From Nitrospirota bacterium (lineage in GTDB: Bacteria; Nitrospirota; Thermodesulfovibrionia; Thermodesulfovibrionales; Dissulfurispiraceae), in contig CAVPZX010000008.1 of assembly GCA_963710375.1 (NCBI GenBank), positions 224,001-288,000 on the forward strand: 64,000 nt of DNA, given 5' to 3'. Below, piece after piece: positions 39,478-50,705 of this stretch. The notes below the pieces were generated by a model. It saw nothing but the letters and a program-made list of their open reading frames with translations, searched no databases and had not been told where the DNA came from. How positions within the stretch are numbered: the stretch's first letter is position 1; every line of letters begins with the position of its first letter. A program made the translations under genes and the position numbers.

Positions 39478-40378
39478 ATTGAACCTCTACCCTTTGCCCT
39501 ATGCCCCTTATCTCCACGCTCGTATGGCCGAACACCTGAAACCTGTTTGTCTTGACCTTCACGTCGCATGGATTGCAGTCGCCAAAGGATGAGCATTGCC
39601 TGAATTCATCTATAGACGCCTCGCTAAACCCCTTGTCGAGAATATGTGCTATAGGATCCCTGCCGTTGTATAAGTCTGAATGGCATTTGTAGACATAACC
39701 GGCAGGATCGACTATGATCTCGGTGGTCCTGCATTCACAGCTTCTATGATTTTCTCCGCGAACAGAACCTTCGTATTTAAAAGTCCCATAAAGCTTCCCT
39801 TCCCATTCACCCAGGAACTCCTTGGTCCTGAAATCAATACCGAGTTTCAGACACCTCTCTTTTGTTTCGAGTATATGATTTATTATCACCGGGTGCTCGA
39901 TTCCATATATCCCGACCCTAAAGCCGGCATCGTGAAGTTTTAATGCCTTCCTGACGAGGTCTTGAATATCATTTTGCCCGGGATGATAACTTACTCTGAT
40001 CGACGCATAGGGGGCCTCTCTGGTAAACCTCCAGACAGGTACATTCCCTATGAACTCATCAACATCGAACATCATGTTTGTCATCAAATCCATCTTGATA
40101 TCGGGTTTGACTTCGTTGACTACTCTGTAAAATCCCTTAAAGAGGGTCGGCTCTCCTCCCTGAAGTGTGAGCGGCAAATCATCCCTTAAAACCAGCCGGT
40201 TTGCGGCTTTTATCCAGTTATCCGCATCCATATGCTTTCTGGCTGCCTTTGTATATCTGGAGCCGCCACCGTGCAGGTTGATACAATAAGGGCAATGGAG
40301 GTTGCATGCGAGCGTGAGGAAAAACGCTACGTAATTATGATGTTCTTTTGGTTGTATGAAGCACGATTTTTCAGACAT
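39470..40378 (-). CDS. Radical SAM protein with twitch-like C-terminus
   Basis: CNLHCPYC, QGGEPT, C.C...GYVYKCH...C..C..CD. Confidence 0.88.
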   Translation of the reverse strand: MSEKSCFIQPKEHHNYVAFFLTLACNLHCPYCINLHGGGSRYTKAARKHMDADNWIKAANRLVLRDDLPLTLQGGEPTLFKGFYRVVNEVKPDIKMDLMTNMMFDVDEFIGNVPVWRFTREAPYASIRVSYHPGQNDIQDLVRKALKLHDAGFRVGIYGIEHPVIINHILETKERCLKLGIDFRTKEFLGEWEGKLYGTFKYEGSVRGENHRSCECRTTEIIVDPAGYVYKCHSDLYNGRDPIAHILDKGFSEASIDEFRQCSSFGDCNPCDVKVKTNRFQVFGHTSVEIRGIGQRVEVQFG

Positions 40379-40402
40379 TTATCTTTCCATCGCGCAAAAA
40401 TA

Positions 40403-40420
40403 AAGCAATAATTATGCCCG
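40403..40420 (-). promoter_or_regulatory. sigma54 promoter for the radical SAM/GT9/transketolase/TylF operon
   Basis: CGGGCATAATTATTGCTT: GG-N10-GC with TTGC, ~25 nt before ATG 40378. Confidence 0.7.
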
Positions 40421-40541
40421 CGGCCAAAAGCAAAGCATCAAATTGTATTTCAAGATAATTTATTATTCGTGCAGCAATGCTTTAAAACCTCTTAACAATA
40501 AAGGAAAAAAGTTTTCCTATATAATGAGGAAATATTTTCCT

Positions 40542-40555
40542 GTCATATAATTGAC
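40542..40555. promoter_or_regulatory. Candidate enhancer-binding-protein site (FleQ-box-like)
   Basis: GTCATATAATTGAC, 13/14 identical to 31142-31155. Confidence 0.6.
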
Positions 40556-40656
40556 TATTAATATTTTATCGGCATTTATAAAAGTGAGGATAAACTTTTC
40601 CCTGAATTAAATGCTAACATTTAGTTGTTGCTAATAAAATGAGGCAAAGGTGAAAA

Positions 40657-42543
40657 ATGAAATTTTTAATTGCCGTACCCAGCTATGTACTGAAAAGGTT
40701 CCATTACTACCATATTCCGCTGGGACTCCTCTATATTTCATCAAACCTAAAAAAAAGAGGCTTCGACGTCGAAATCGTTAACTTGAACGAATTTCCAGAA
40801 GATCCCTTGGAGTCCACATTGCGCAGATTCCTGCTAGGAATGAAAATAGACGTATTGTGTACCGGTGGACTATCCCCACACTATCAGGCAATAAAAAGCA
40901 TCTTGCAAGTCGCTAAACATGTCAAAAGCGACATAATTACCGTTGCTGGCGGAGGACTTATAAGCAGTGAACCGGAATTGATGATGCGGTTACTGCCTTT
41001 GGACTTCGGGGTCATCGGAGAAGGAGATGAAACTATAGGGGAACTGGCAAGTGCACTTGAGACTGGCAAAGGCTTTGATAAGGTAAACGGGATCATTTAT
41101 AAGGACCCTGAAAATGGGGCTATAGTGCAAACATTGCCTCGTACACCGTTGTCCGACATCGATAGTGTTCCCTGGCCCGATTATGAAGGTGTCAATACCG
41201 AGGATTACCTTACACTACAGAAACCTTCAGACTGCTATTACCGTAGCATCGTTGACAATCCACGTGAACTGGCTCTTATAGCAAGCCGTTCCTGTCCCTA
41301 CAAATGCACCTTCTGCTATCATCCTTTGGGGAATAAATACCGACAGCGGAGCCTTGACTCCATTTTCGAGGAAATAGAATTTCTTGTTCTGCGTTATAAA
41401 ATAAATATACTGGCCATATATGACGAATTATTCTCTAGCGATCTTAATAGACTAAGCGAATTCTGCACCAGGATTAAGAAATACGGCATCCACTGGTCTG
41501 CTCAACTAAGAGTGGACAAAGTAAACCGCGAGATACTGTCCCTGATGAAAGACTCGGGATGTTATATCATCAGTTACGGGATAGAAAGCGCGCAAGATGA
41601 GATACTGAAGAGCCTCAAGAAGTACATTACTGTGGCCCAAATCGAAAATGCCCTTCGGTTAACAAACGACTCGAAAATTTGTGTACAAGGGAATATTATT
41701 ATCGGGGCTGAGGATGAAACAATCGAAACGGCCAACACCTCCTTGCGTTGGGCCCTTGATAACTGGACCTATCAGTTGGGCGTCAACCATATACAGGTTT
41801 ATCCTGGCAGTGAACTATATGCCATAGCTCTTAAAAAGGGAATTATTACCGACAAAGCTGCCTATATCGAGGCACGCTGTCCAGTCATAAATGTCACTAA
41901 AATGACAAGTGAAGAATTTTCCAGCGTATCAGCTTCCATCAAAAAAATGAGGTTCCCCAAAATTACAAGTGTCGCTGAAATTATCTCTTTGGAGAAAAAA
42001 ACTGAGGATTCTTTCGGCCGGGACTCATACTATCTAAAGTTGCGCTGTCAGTACTGCCGCCAGGAAGTTGAATACAACAATATGGCTGGACCAATGCCCC
42101 ATGGAAATAGCCTCTTCTTCTGCAGGAAATGCTTTATGCGTTACGAAATACCGCTTTATTTTAGCGGCCTGCTGAATTACGAGTCCTTTAAGGCCCTTAA
42201 CTCGGCAATTGACTATATATTGAACAGGCTTAAGCAGGATACCAAAATCGCTCTGTGGGGCTTCAACGACGTTACCTACCTGGTTTTTGTCATCACAAGA
42301 CTGTGCCAGAAAAAAATTGCATGCATTTTCGACAGCAGGAAAGAGGTACAAGGACAGGAAATGGACGGGGTTAAAGTAATACCACTGCCTGACAATGCCG
42401 CCGAAGCCCTTTCGTACGCAGATGCCATTATCATAACTTCGAACAACAACCGTACCGAACTGCAGGCGCGGGAAGCTGATCTTCAAAAAGCCGGCATAAT
42501 GATAGCCGATCTGCACATTAAAGTAGGGGCCAGTGATCTTTAA
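40657..42543 (+). CDS. B12-binding radical SAM protein with C-terminal CxxC pairs and a Rossmann-like domain
   Basis: PLGLLYISS, VIGEGD, SRSCPYKCTFC, YGIES, YPGS; CQYC...CRKC; IALWG...IFDS. Confidence 0.9.
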   Translation: MKFLIAVPSYVLKRFHYYHIPLGLLYISSNLKKRGFDVEIVNLNEFPEDPLESTLRRFLLGMKIDVLCTGGLSPHYQAIKSILQVAKHVKSDIITVAGGGLISSEPELMMRLLPLDFGVIGEGDETIGELASALETGKGFDKVNGIIYKDPENGAIVQTLPRTPLSDIDSVPWPDYEGVNTEDYLTLQKPSDCYYRSIVDNPRELALIASRSCPYKCTFCYHPLGNKYRQRSLDSIFEEIEFLVLRYKINILAIYDELFSSDLNRLSEFCTRIKKYGIHWSAQLRVDKVNREILSLMKDSGCYIISYGIESAQDEILKSLKKYITVAQIENALRLTNDSKICVQGNIIIGAEDETIETANTSLRWALDNWTYQLGVNHIQVYPGSELYAIALKKGIITDKAAYIEARCPVINVTKMTSEEFSSVSASIKKMRFPKITSVAEIISLEKKTEDSFGRDSYYLKLRCQYCRQEVEYNNMAGPMPHGNSLFFCRKCFMRYEIPLYFSGLLNYESFKALNSAIDYILNRLKQDTKIALWGFNDVTYLVFVITRLCQKKIACIFDSRKEVQGQEMDGVKVIPLPDNAAEALSYADAIIITSNNNRTELQAREADLQKAGIMIADLHIKVGASDL

Positions 42544-44532
42544 ATCGGTAAATCCCTTGAGTGACGCAGAAAATCATCATCTTTTGGCAAAAAGCCTACC
42601 CATTTCGTAAAAAACCTGACCCTGTTCTTCCAATTCTCATCAGAGACATCTTCCAGAAAAAAAGTCTCCTTATAATTAAATGCAAGACAATCAGGCAGGT
42701 ATCTTATTGGAATACTCAATTCTTTTGCCTTAAGGCATATATCCGGCTCAATAAGATGATTTGCCAGCCCATCATCAAATCCTCCAACTGATTCGAATAC
42801 GCTTCTATGCATACCAATCATTCCACCGCCCAGAGCATCCCTATGTGTGTTGAGTATTATGTCCTCTTTTATAAGGTAAGGCGTAAAGTTAAAATCAAAG
42901 CCTATGCCGAGACAGTAAGGCGTCAAATCCGGGTTCTTTATCGGCACTCCGGCTATCCCGTCTTTCATGGCATTGGCCATGCCTTCATCTGTAGAGTACA
43001 CAATGCCGGGTCTTATAAAAACCAGATATTCACCTGATGATATTTCAGCGCCGGTATTGTAGAGATGAGCAAGATTTCCTTCAGCCGCGATAATGCTTAC
43101 ACCTCCTGTAATATGGGAAAGCGTTTCCTTTATGCCGCTGTCACTCACGACAATTACAACTTCCCAATCCTTATGTTTCACATTCCGGGGAAGAGACGCA
43201 AGAGTTGCCATCAATGCTTCGGAATCATGTCCTGAAGGAACAATAAAACTGACCTTACCCGCACTAATTTCCTTTTGCAAGGCTGCCGAGCCCCTTTGTC
43301 TACTCCCCCTCACATCTAAAATATAACTCATAACACCTATCGCCCTTTCCACAGACTTGCCATCGAGTTTATAATAATTGTCGGCTAAAAATTTGCCGAG
43401 GCGGGCCTGCAAGTCAGAAGGGACTCCTTTTTCCATTGTGCTGAATAGGCTTGCCCAGTTCCCAAGTGGATAAACAGACTGTGCAACGCCCTCATTAACA
43501 AGATAATCATTTGTTAAATCCGGATCCGGAACAGAAAAGAGCGGCTTGCCAAAGGCCAATGCTTCTATATTGAGTGTTGTCTTGCCCAGGGCCACGCAAT
43601 AATCCGAGATAGCAATTAACTTGTAGGGGTCATAGGTATCACAAATAATAGCAGCTGTATTAATCTCCCTGAATATCTCCTTAATTTGTTCAACAGGTTT
43701 CTTTAATACATTGGGGTGCCACTTGAATATTAAAACAGCGCTGTCTTCGACCCTTTCAAGTCCATGCAACAATGCCTCCCAAACGTCCTTTCTTATCATT
43801 CCCCCATATTTTACTCCTACCAGAAAGAGAACGATTTTTTTGTCTGGCCGGATGGCCAGTTCCTTCCTGATCGCATTTCTCACTTCATGACCTGAATATT
43901 CCTTAATAGCGCCCTCGATATGAGTATTTCCTACAGGAAACATTTTATCCACCGAGCATTTGTATCTCGACAGCCTCTCTTTTGTCACATTGCCCCATAG
44001 CAGGTTGGCGGTAGAATATTCTGTGTGCATAGCATTGCCGATCTGACCCGTATAATAATCCCCTTCCTGAAATGTCACAAGAGGTATTTTGTTCTTATAA
44101 CAGAGATGGCCTATTATCTTGCCCCAGCGTCCGCATTCATGATGGACCAGAAACAGGTCAGGCCTCTCAACCTCCATAAACCTCTCCATACAAAAATACT
44201 CTTCTATAAATTCCTTGAAGATCCAGGTTTCCTTAAACAGGGGCCAGCGCCGAAATCCTTTCCACCTGAAACAAATAGCTGACCAGCGTTCGAACAGACT
44301 CAGATAACCCGGTATTGATCTTATTCACAACATCGTCCGTCAAGTAATCGGTAAAATGCCTGTACCACAGGTTACGCTCAATCATGTCAAGCTCATAGGG
44401 ATAATCCGACAACGGCGTGACAAAAAGGATGTCGCCTTTATGTTTTCTTATTTCCTCTCTGATAGGCATAAAAAACCTTGTATGATGAGGAAATGCCAGG
44501 AAACTCGCTATTTTCTTCCCTTTGAGGCTCAT
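42540..44532 (-). CDS. Two-domain glycosyltransferase-like protein, copy 2; +1 frameshift at ~44298
   Basis: ORF 44233-44532 joins the frame of 42540-44189 as ...GLSELFERWSAICFRWKGFRRWPLFKETW..., matching copy 1 SLRELFDGWAGNCFKWQGYSRWPL. Confidence 0.75.
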
Positions 44533-45704
44533 CGTTTTCCCGCTGTCAGCTCGTTGATGATATCAATCATGCCGACTGTATCATTCTTTGTTTTATAGGC
44601 CCTTTTGAGGGACCGGGCAAGTGTAACGGGACTTTTTATAAACATAACACCATCATTGTCAGGCATTGGGTCATTCATCGGATTATATATCCATGCACCC
44701 TTTCCATTCAGGGCCGAAAATTCAACCGGAGAGATATAGGATGGAGATATTGCAACATCAGAAATCATGACAACGGGCACAATACTGTCTGGTCCAACCA
44801 CATAAAATCTACCCTTGATTTTCTGCAGATATTTGAGAAAAACCCCCTCTATGATTTTATCTTCCGTAAATTCCCGTATAACAAAATTGCGCTTGACCAG
44901 GAATAACACGACCGGAATCCGGGTTTCTGTAATGACCCTGAAAATCTCCGTCAACTGGGGCCTGAACCTTGAATGGTTAAAAACCACTACGCCCAGCTCG
45001 GAACGGCTCACGGTTATCTGTGAATTATAGAGATGGTTTTTATAGACGTCTTCTATAGTAGATAAAGAATATATGTCTTTGATGTCCGTCAATACACTTA
45101 TTTTTTCCGGAGCAATCCCTTTTTTAACATAAAATTGTTTTTCATATTCTTTTCTAACGATAATGGCATCCATTAGTCCGGCCATGAGCAGGCCGCTTTC
45201 GACTGCAGGGTAAACCTGGTATCCCGCCACCTTTATACCTGCCTCTTTGGCGTCAAACAGCAAGGTGGTATAAAAGACATCGACGACATCAGAAATGGCT
45301 TCGTCATAATTCATTAACGGAAATAAAACCATATCAGCATCGATACCGCCAATTTCCGGGAAGGAGGATCCTGATAAATGCCCCCAGAAATCATCAAATG
45401 CAGTGGGCTTCCATAATTTCAGGTCTGTTCCCGGCACAACCATATCATATGTATATTGAACAAAACCTTTTGCAAGGTCATCTCTAAAAGCATCGGTAAC
45501 AGGCAGCGATTCCGCCTCGATGATCCTTGTAAGAATATTGGAAGATGGACTGCCGAGTTTTTTATTTATGTCATCATATACCTCATTTGAAATAGTCAAA
45601 ACCTCCACAATAAAATGCTTCGATAGTCCATTCAGCAAATGACAAATTCTCCCCGACGTCGCAAAATAATCGCGTTCGCTGACAGGAAAGAGCAGTTTCT
45701 TCAT
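44529..45704 (-). CDS. Uncharacterised GT-B-like protein, copy 2
   Basis: Clear paralog of 16774-17944 (shared PGTDLKLWK..AFDDFWGH, KEAGIKV.GYQVYP, IYSLSTIED). Confidence 0.75.
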   Translation of the reverse strand: MKKLLFPVSERDYFATSGRICHLLNGLSKHFIVEVLTISNEVYDDINKKLGSPSSNILTRIIEAESLPVTDAFRDDLAKGFVQYTYDMVVPGTDLKLWKPTAFDDFWGHLSGSSFPEIGGIDADMVLFPLMNYDEAISDVVDVFYTTLLFDAKEAGIKVAGYQVYPAVESGLLMAGLMDAIIVRKEYEKQFYVKKGIAPEKISVLTDIKDIYSLSTIEDVYKNHLYNSQITVSRSELGVVVFNHSRFRPQLTEIFRVITETRIPVVLFLVKRNFVIREFTEDKIIEGVFLKYLQKIKGRFYVVGPDSIVPVVMISDVAISPSYISPVEFSALNGKGAWIYNPMNDPMPDNDGVMFIKSPVTLARSLKRAYKTKNDTVGMIDIINELTAGKR

Positions 45705-47827
45705 GAATTCTCCTCGTCGCTCCTGATGGCTGTTACCGACTGAAAAAATCGCTCAAGTTCTCTCACCGCATCAATGTTATCATAAAATATATTATTCCTT
45801 TCGAGTATCTTTATACTTATTTTCTCTCTCCAATCTGCATCGTTGGCCAGTCGCAACGCTAACTGAATGTATTGTTCGCTGTTATTGCTGATGAGATCCA
45901 TGATATCCATTTTCTTATAGTAGGCGTATGTAAAACGGCTTGCCATCCTGCTTGAAGGCCATGTTACTATCGGACAGCCGACTGAAAATAACTCCAGGCT
46001 GGTTGTGCCGCCACAAAAATAAGGTGTATCCAATACAGCATCCGCACTTCTCAAAAGACTGAGAAAATCATCGATAGGAAGACGGGGCAAAAAAATTATC
46101 CTGTCCGAAACATCAGGCATTGATCGCAAGAACCGCTCCATAAGCAAGGTGCTCCAATGCTTGTTCGCATCATCAAATAAAATGAGCAGGCCCTTATTGT
46201 CGCGTCGTAAAATCTCACCTAAGACAGCATCAAAATCCGGGTGGAATTTGATTAAGCTTTGAGGCGCAACATATAATCTGCTGTCTGCCGGCAACCCCAC
46301 CCTTCTCCTGATCTCCAGCGAGCCTGTTAATTCAACAACAGCAGGTCGATAAAAATAATTTGGCACATTTTTCATTCTGACAAGACATTCCGAGTATTGA
46401 GTTTCAGAACCCTCCGGCTCGAAGTCTTCACAGGATATAAAGTAATCCAAATTGGGTATCCCGGTTGTGTCAGGATGCCCCCATGTGACACACTGCACAG
46501 GAGCCAACCTGGAGAAAGCAAGGAAATAAGTAAAGGGGTCCATTCCGATATCAGTATAAAACAGGATATCCAGCTCACATTCGGCTATCTGCTCCCGAGC
46601 CGTTTCCAAAGCAGGAGCGAGCGACACTGATTTACCGGCATTTCGTTCTATGAATTGCGATATTTCATCGGATCTCTTTTTGCCAAAGAAAACATTGACA
46701 TTAAAAAGCTCACGGGACAGGTTCGCAATGACCCCCCGGAAATGTTTACCCATAGTATGTTCGCAAAAATAGCTCGAAATAAAACCGATCTTTATTTTTC
46801 CTGTCCTCTCAATATTCCCTCCATTTTTGCAATGCGGCGCCGTATAAAGCAGCGAAGGGCAGGCATCTGCATAAAGCTTTGCTATCTTAATCTGCAATTC
46901 CCGATTGTTGAGCCCATGATATGCCAAAAAAAAGTTTGTTTGACCAATATCCTTAAGAGGATTATTCAGGACAACACCCGATTGTAGGAAGTCATCTATG
47001 GCATGGTCAAACTGCCGGCGAAAATGCAGAACACTTTCTTTGGACGGCATGATTATCGGCGGCAGTGCTGCCAATTTTATTTTCACGCCGGCACTGTGTG
47101 TTAACTCAAATACTTTTCGGTAATGGGCCTTAGCTTCCTCAATCTTGCCCTGGTCCGCAAGCGCATTACCCAGATTGTAATGCGCCTCATGAAAATCAGG
47201 TTTTGAGGACACAGCCCTGCGGAAAAAGGGTATTGCTTCATCTATCTTCCACTGCTCTGCAAGCGCATTGCCCAGATTGAAATTAGCCATGTGCGAATCG
47301 GGTTTTAGGGACACAGCCACGTAGTAACAGGCTGTCGCTTCTACCAGCTTACCTTGCTCTTTAAACGCATTGCCCAGATTGTATTGGGCCTCGAAAGAAC
47401 GAGGGTCCAAAGACACGGCCCGGTGATAACAGGCTATCGCTTCATCCAGTTTACCCTGCTCCGCAAGCACGGAGCCCAGATTATTGAGCGCCTCGAAATA
47501 ATCCGGATTTAAAGATAATGCACGGCGGTAACAGGCAATTGCTTCATCAGGTTTAATCAAAGCTCGATACACATTGCCGGCATTATTATGATACAAAGGA
47601 ATCGCCTGATTTACATTTATCGCTTTTTCAATTAAACCGATCGCAGTTTCGTTCTGCCCAAGTTGATTGGCAATAACGCCGAGTAAGTGTAATGCGTCAG
47701 CATTGTCGGGTTGAGTCTGCAATACTTGATGATAAATAGCTTCTGCTTGTTGCAGCTCACCTTTCTGGTGGTGCTTTAACGCCAGTTGCAGTGCATCAGT
47801 AACAGCTAAGTGCTCCGGTTTGTTCAT
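45701..47827 (-). CDS. TPR + O-GlcNAc-transferase-like (GT41/SPINDLY/HMW1C-like) protein glycosyltransferase
   Basis: Multiple TPRs (NNLG..L...GKLDEA..CY.RA), then IKIGFIS..F..HT, RLAPVQCVTWGHPDTTG, KFHPDFD, LDTPYFCGGTTS. Confidence 0.92.
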   Translation of the reverse strand: MNKPEHLAVTDALQLALKHHQKGELQQAEAIYHQVLQTQPDNADALHLLGVIANQLGQNETAIGLIEKAINVNQAIPLYHNNAGNVYRALIKPDEAIACYRRALSLNPDYFEALNNLGSVLAEQGKLDEAIACYHRAVSLDPRSFEAQYNLGNAFKEQGKLVEATACYYVAVSLKPDSHMANFNLGNALAEQWKIDEAIPFFRRAVSSKPDFHEAHYNLGNALADQGKIEEAKAHYRKVFELTHSAGVKIKLAALPPIIMPSKESVLHFRRQFDHAIDDFLQSGVVLNNPLKDIGQTNFFLAYHGLNNRELQIKIAKLYADACPSLLYTAPHCKNGGNIERTGKIKIGFISSYFCEHTMGKHFRGVIANLSRELFNVNVFFGKKRSDEISQFIERNAGKSVSLAPALETAREQIAECELDILFYTDIGMDPFTYFLAFSRLAPVQCVTWGHPDTTGIPNLDYFISCEDFEPEGSETQYSECLVRMKNVPNYFYRPAVVELTGSLEIRRRVGLPADSRLYVAPQSLIKFHPDFDAVLGEILRRDNKGLLILFDDANKHWSTLLMERFLRSMPDVSDRIIFLPRLPIDDFLSLLRSADAVLDTPYFCGGTTSLELFSVGCPIVTWPSSRMASRFTYAYYKKMDIMDLISNNSEQYIQLALRLANDADWREKISIKILERNNIFYDNIDAVRELERFFQSVTAIRSDEENS

Positions 47828-47872
47828 TTCTTAGCCCACAACTTGCGTCAAAACGTGATTCATGTTGTATTT

Positions 47873-47890
47873 TAGCAAATATTGCACCCC
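47873..47890 (-). promoter_or_regulatory. Possible sigma54 promoter for the TPR-GT41 operon
   Basis: GGGGTGCAATATTTGCTA: GG-N10-GC with TTGC. Confidence 0.45.
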
Positions 47891-48027
47891 TATTGCCGGG
47901 CGAAGGCTTCTAACGGTAGCAGACTCCGCTTCACTTCCCCGCACAGTTCTGGCATGTTGAATGAATGAATAGAAACTCATAAGAAAAAATGTTATGATTG
48001 AGTAATTTCCCCAAAAGGAGGCGAACT

Positions 48028-48249
48028 ATGCGAGTAATGGATATTCCACAAATTAAAAAATTAAGTGTACCCGAAAAGATTCTTCTTGCCGAGGATCTGT
48101 GGGATAGCATATCTTCTGAAGAATCTACTATCCCTGTTCCAGAGAGCCACATGACAGAGTTGGACAGACGGCTTGCTAGACATGCCTCCAGTCCGGGAGG
48201 ACTTTTATCTCTGGATGAGCTTCGGAAAAGAATAGAAGCAAGCAAATGA
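48028..48249 (+). CDS. Addiction-module antitoxin component
   Basis: LSVPEKILLAEDLWDSI...ELDRRL; RBS AAGGAGG; overlaps toxin start. Confidence 0.88.
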   Translation: MRVMDIPQIKKLSVPEKILLAEDLWDSISSEESTIPVPESHMTELDRRLARHASSPGGLLSLDELRKRIEASK

Positions 48250-48557
48250 CTTATGACCTGCGGTTTCTTCCCGAAGTTGAAGAAGATATCGTCAACGGTT
48301 ATGTTTGGTATGAAACAAAATCCAGAGGGCTCGGTGAAGACTTTCTTCGCATGTTCTATGTTTGTGCAAATGAAATTCTCTGCAATCCGCTGCTTTACCG
48401 GAAAGTTCATCTGAACTTTCGGAGGCGTCTGCTTCGTCGATTTCCCTACGCTATCTATTTTATGATAGAGAACGACCAGATCGTTGTATTTGGGCTTTTT
48501 CATTGTGCGCGCTACCCACAAGCTATAAATGCAGAACTCCAAAATAGAGAAAAATAG
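48246..48557 (+). CDS. RelE/ParE-family toxin
   Basis: FLPEVEEDI...WYETKSRGLGEDF...RRFPYAIYF...FH..RYP. Confidence 0.88.
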   Translation: MTYDLRFLPEVEEDIVNGYVWYETKSRGLGEDFLRMFYVCANEILCNPLLYRKVHLNFRRRLLRRFPYAIYFMIENDQIVVFGLFHCARYPQAINAELQNREK

Positions 48558-48628
48558 AGGCCATTCCGCAGGATGCGGTACGACCGCCGCACCTGTGACC
48601 TCAGTCGATGGATTAGATTTCAGAAGAT

Positions 48629-50681
<2,053 letters not shown>

Positions 50682-50705
50682 TAAGGAGCACTGAGTAATA
50701 ATTTT

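Noticed and set aside
33774..40378. Radical SAM/SPASM genes as a RiPP cluster
   Set aside because: No precursor peptide, PqqD/RRE domain, protease or exporter nearby; neighbours are all sugar enzymes. The Cys-rich peptide at 60937 is >18 kb away and unlinked
40566..40599. Intact sigma28 promoter upstream of the rSAM operon
   Set aside because: GCCGATAA is present, but the AAAAGTTT block is ~7 nt too far away; kept only as part of the shared promoter architecture
14797..43070. Near-identical GT 3' ends as a DGR template/variable repeat pair
   Set aside because: Both copies are coding paralogs, differences are not adenine-specific, and no reverse transcriptase is present in the window
14773..44532. 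Homopolymer phase variation of the GT genes
   Set aside because: The breaks are not in homopolymer or simple-repeat tracts
47931..48542. 203-aa minus-strand ORF
   Set aside because: Antisense to the clear toxin-antitoxin pair
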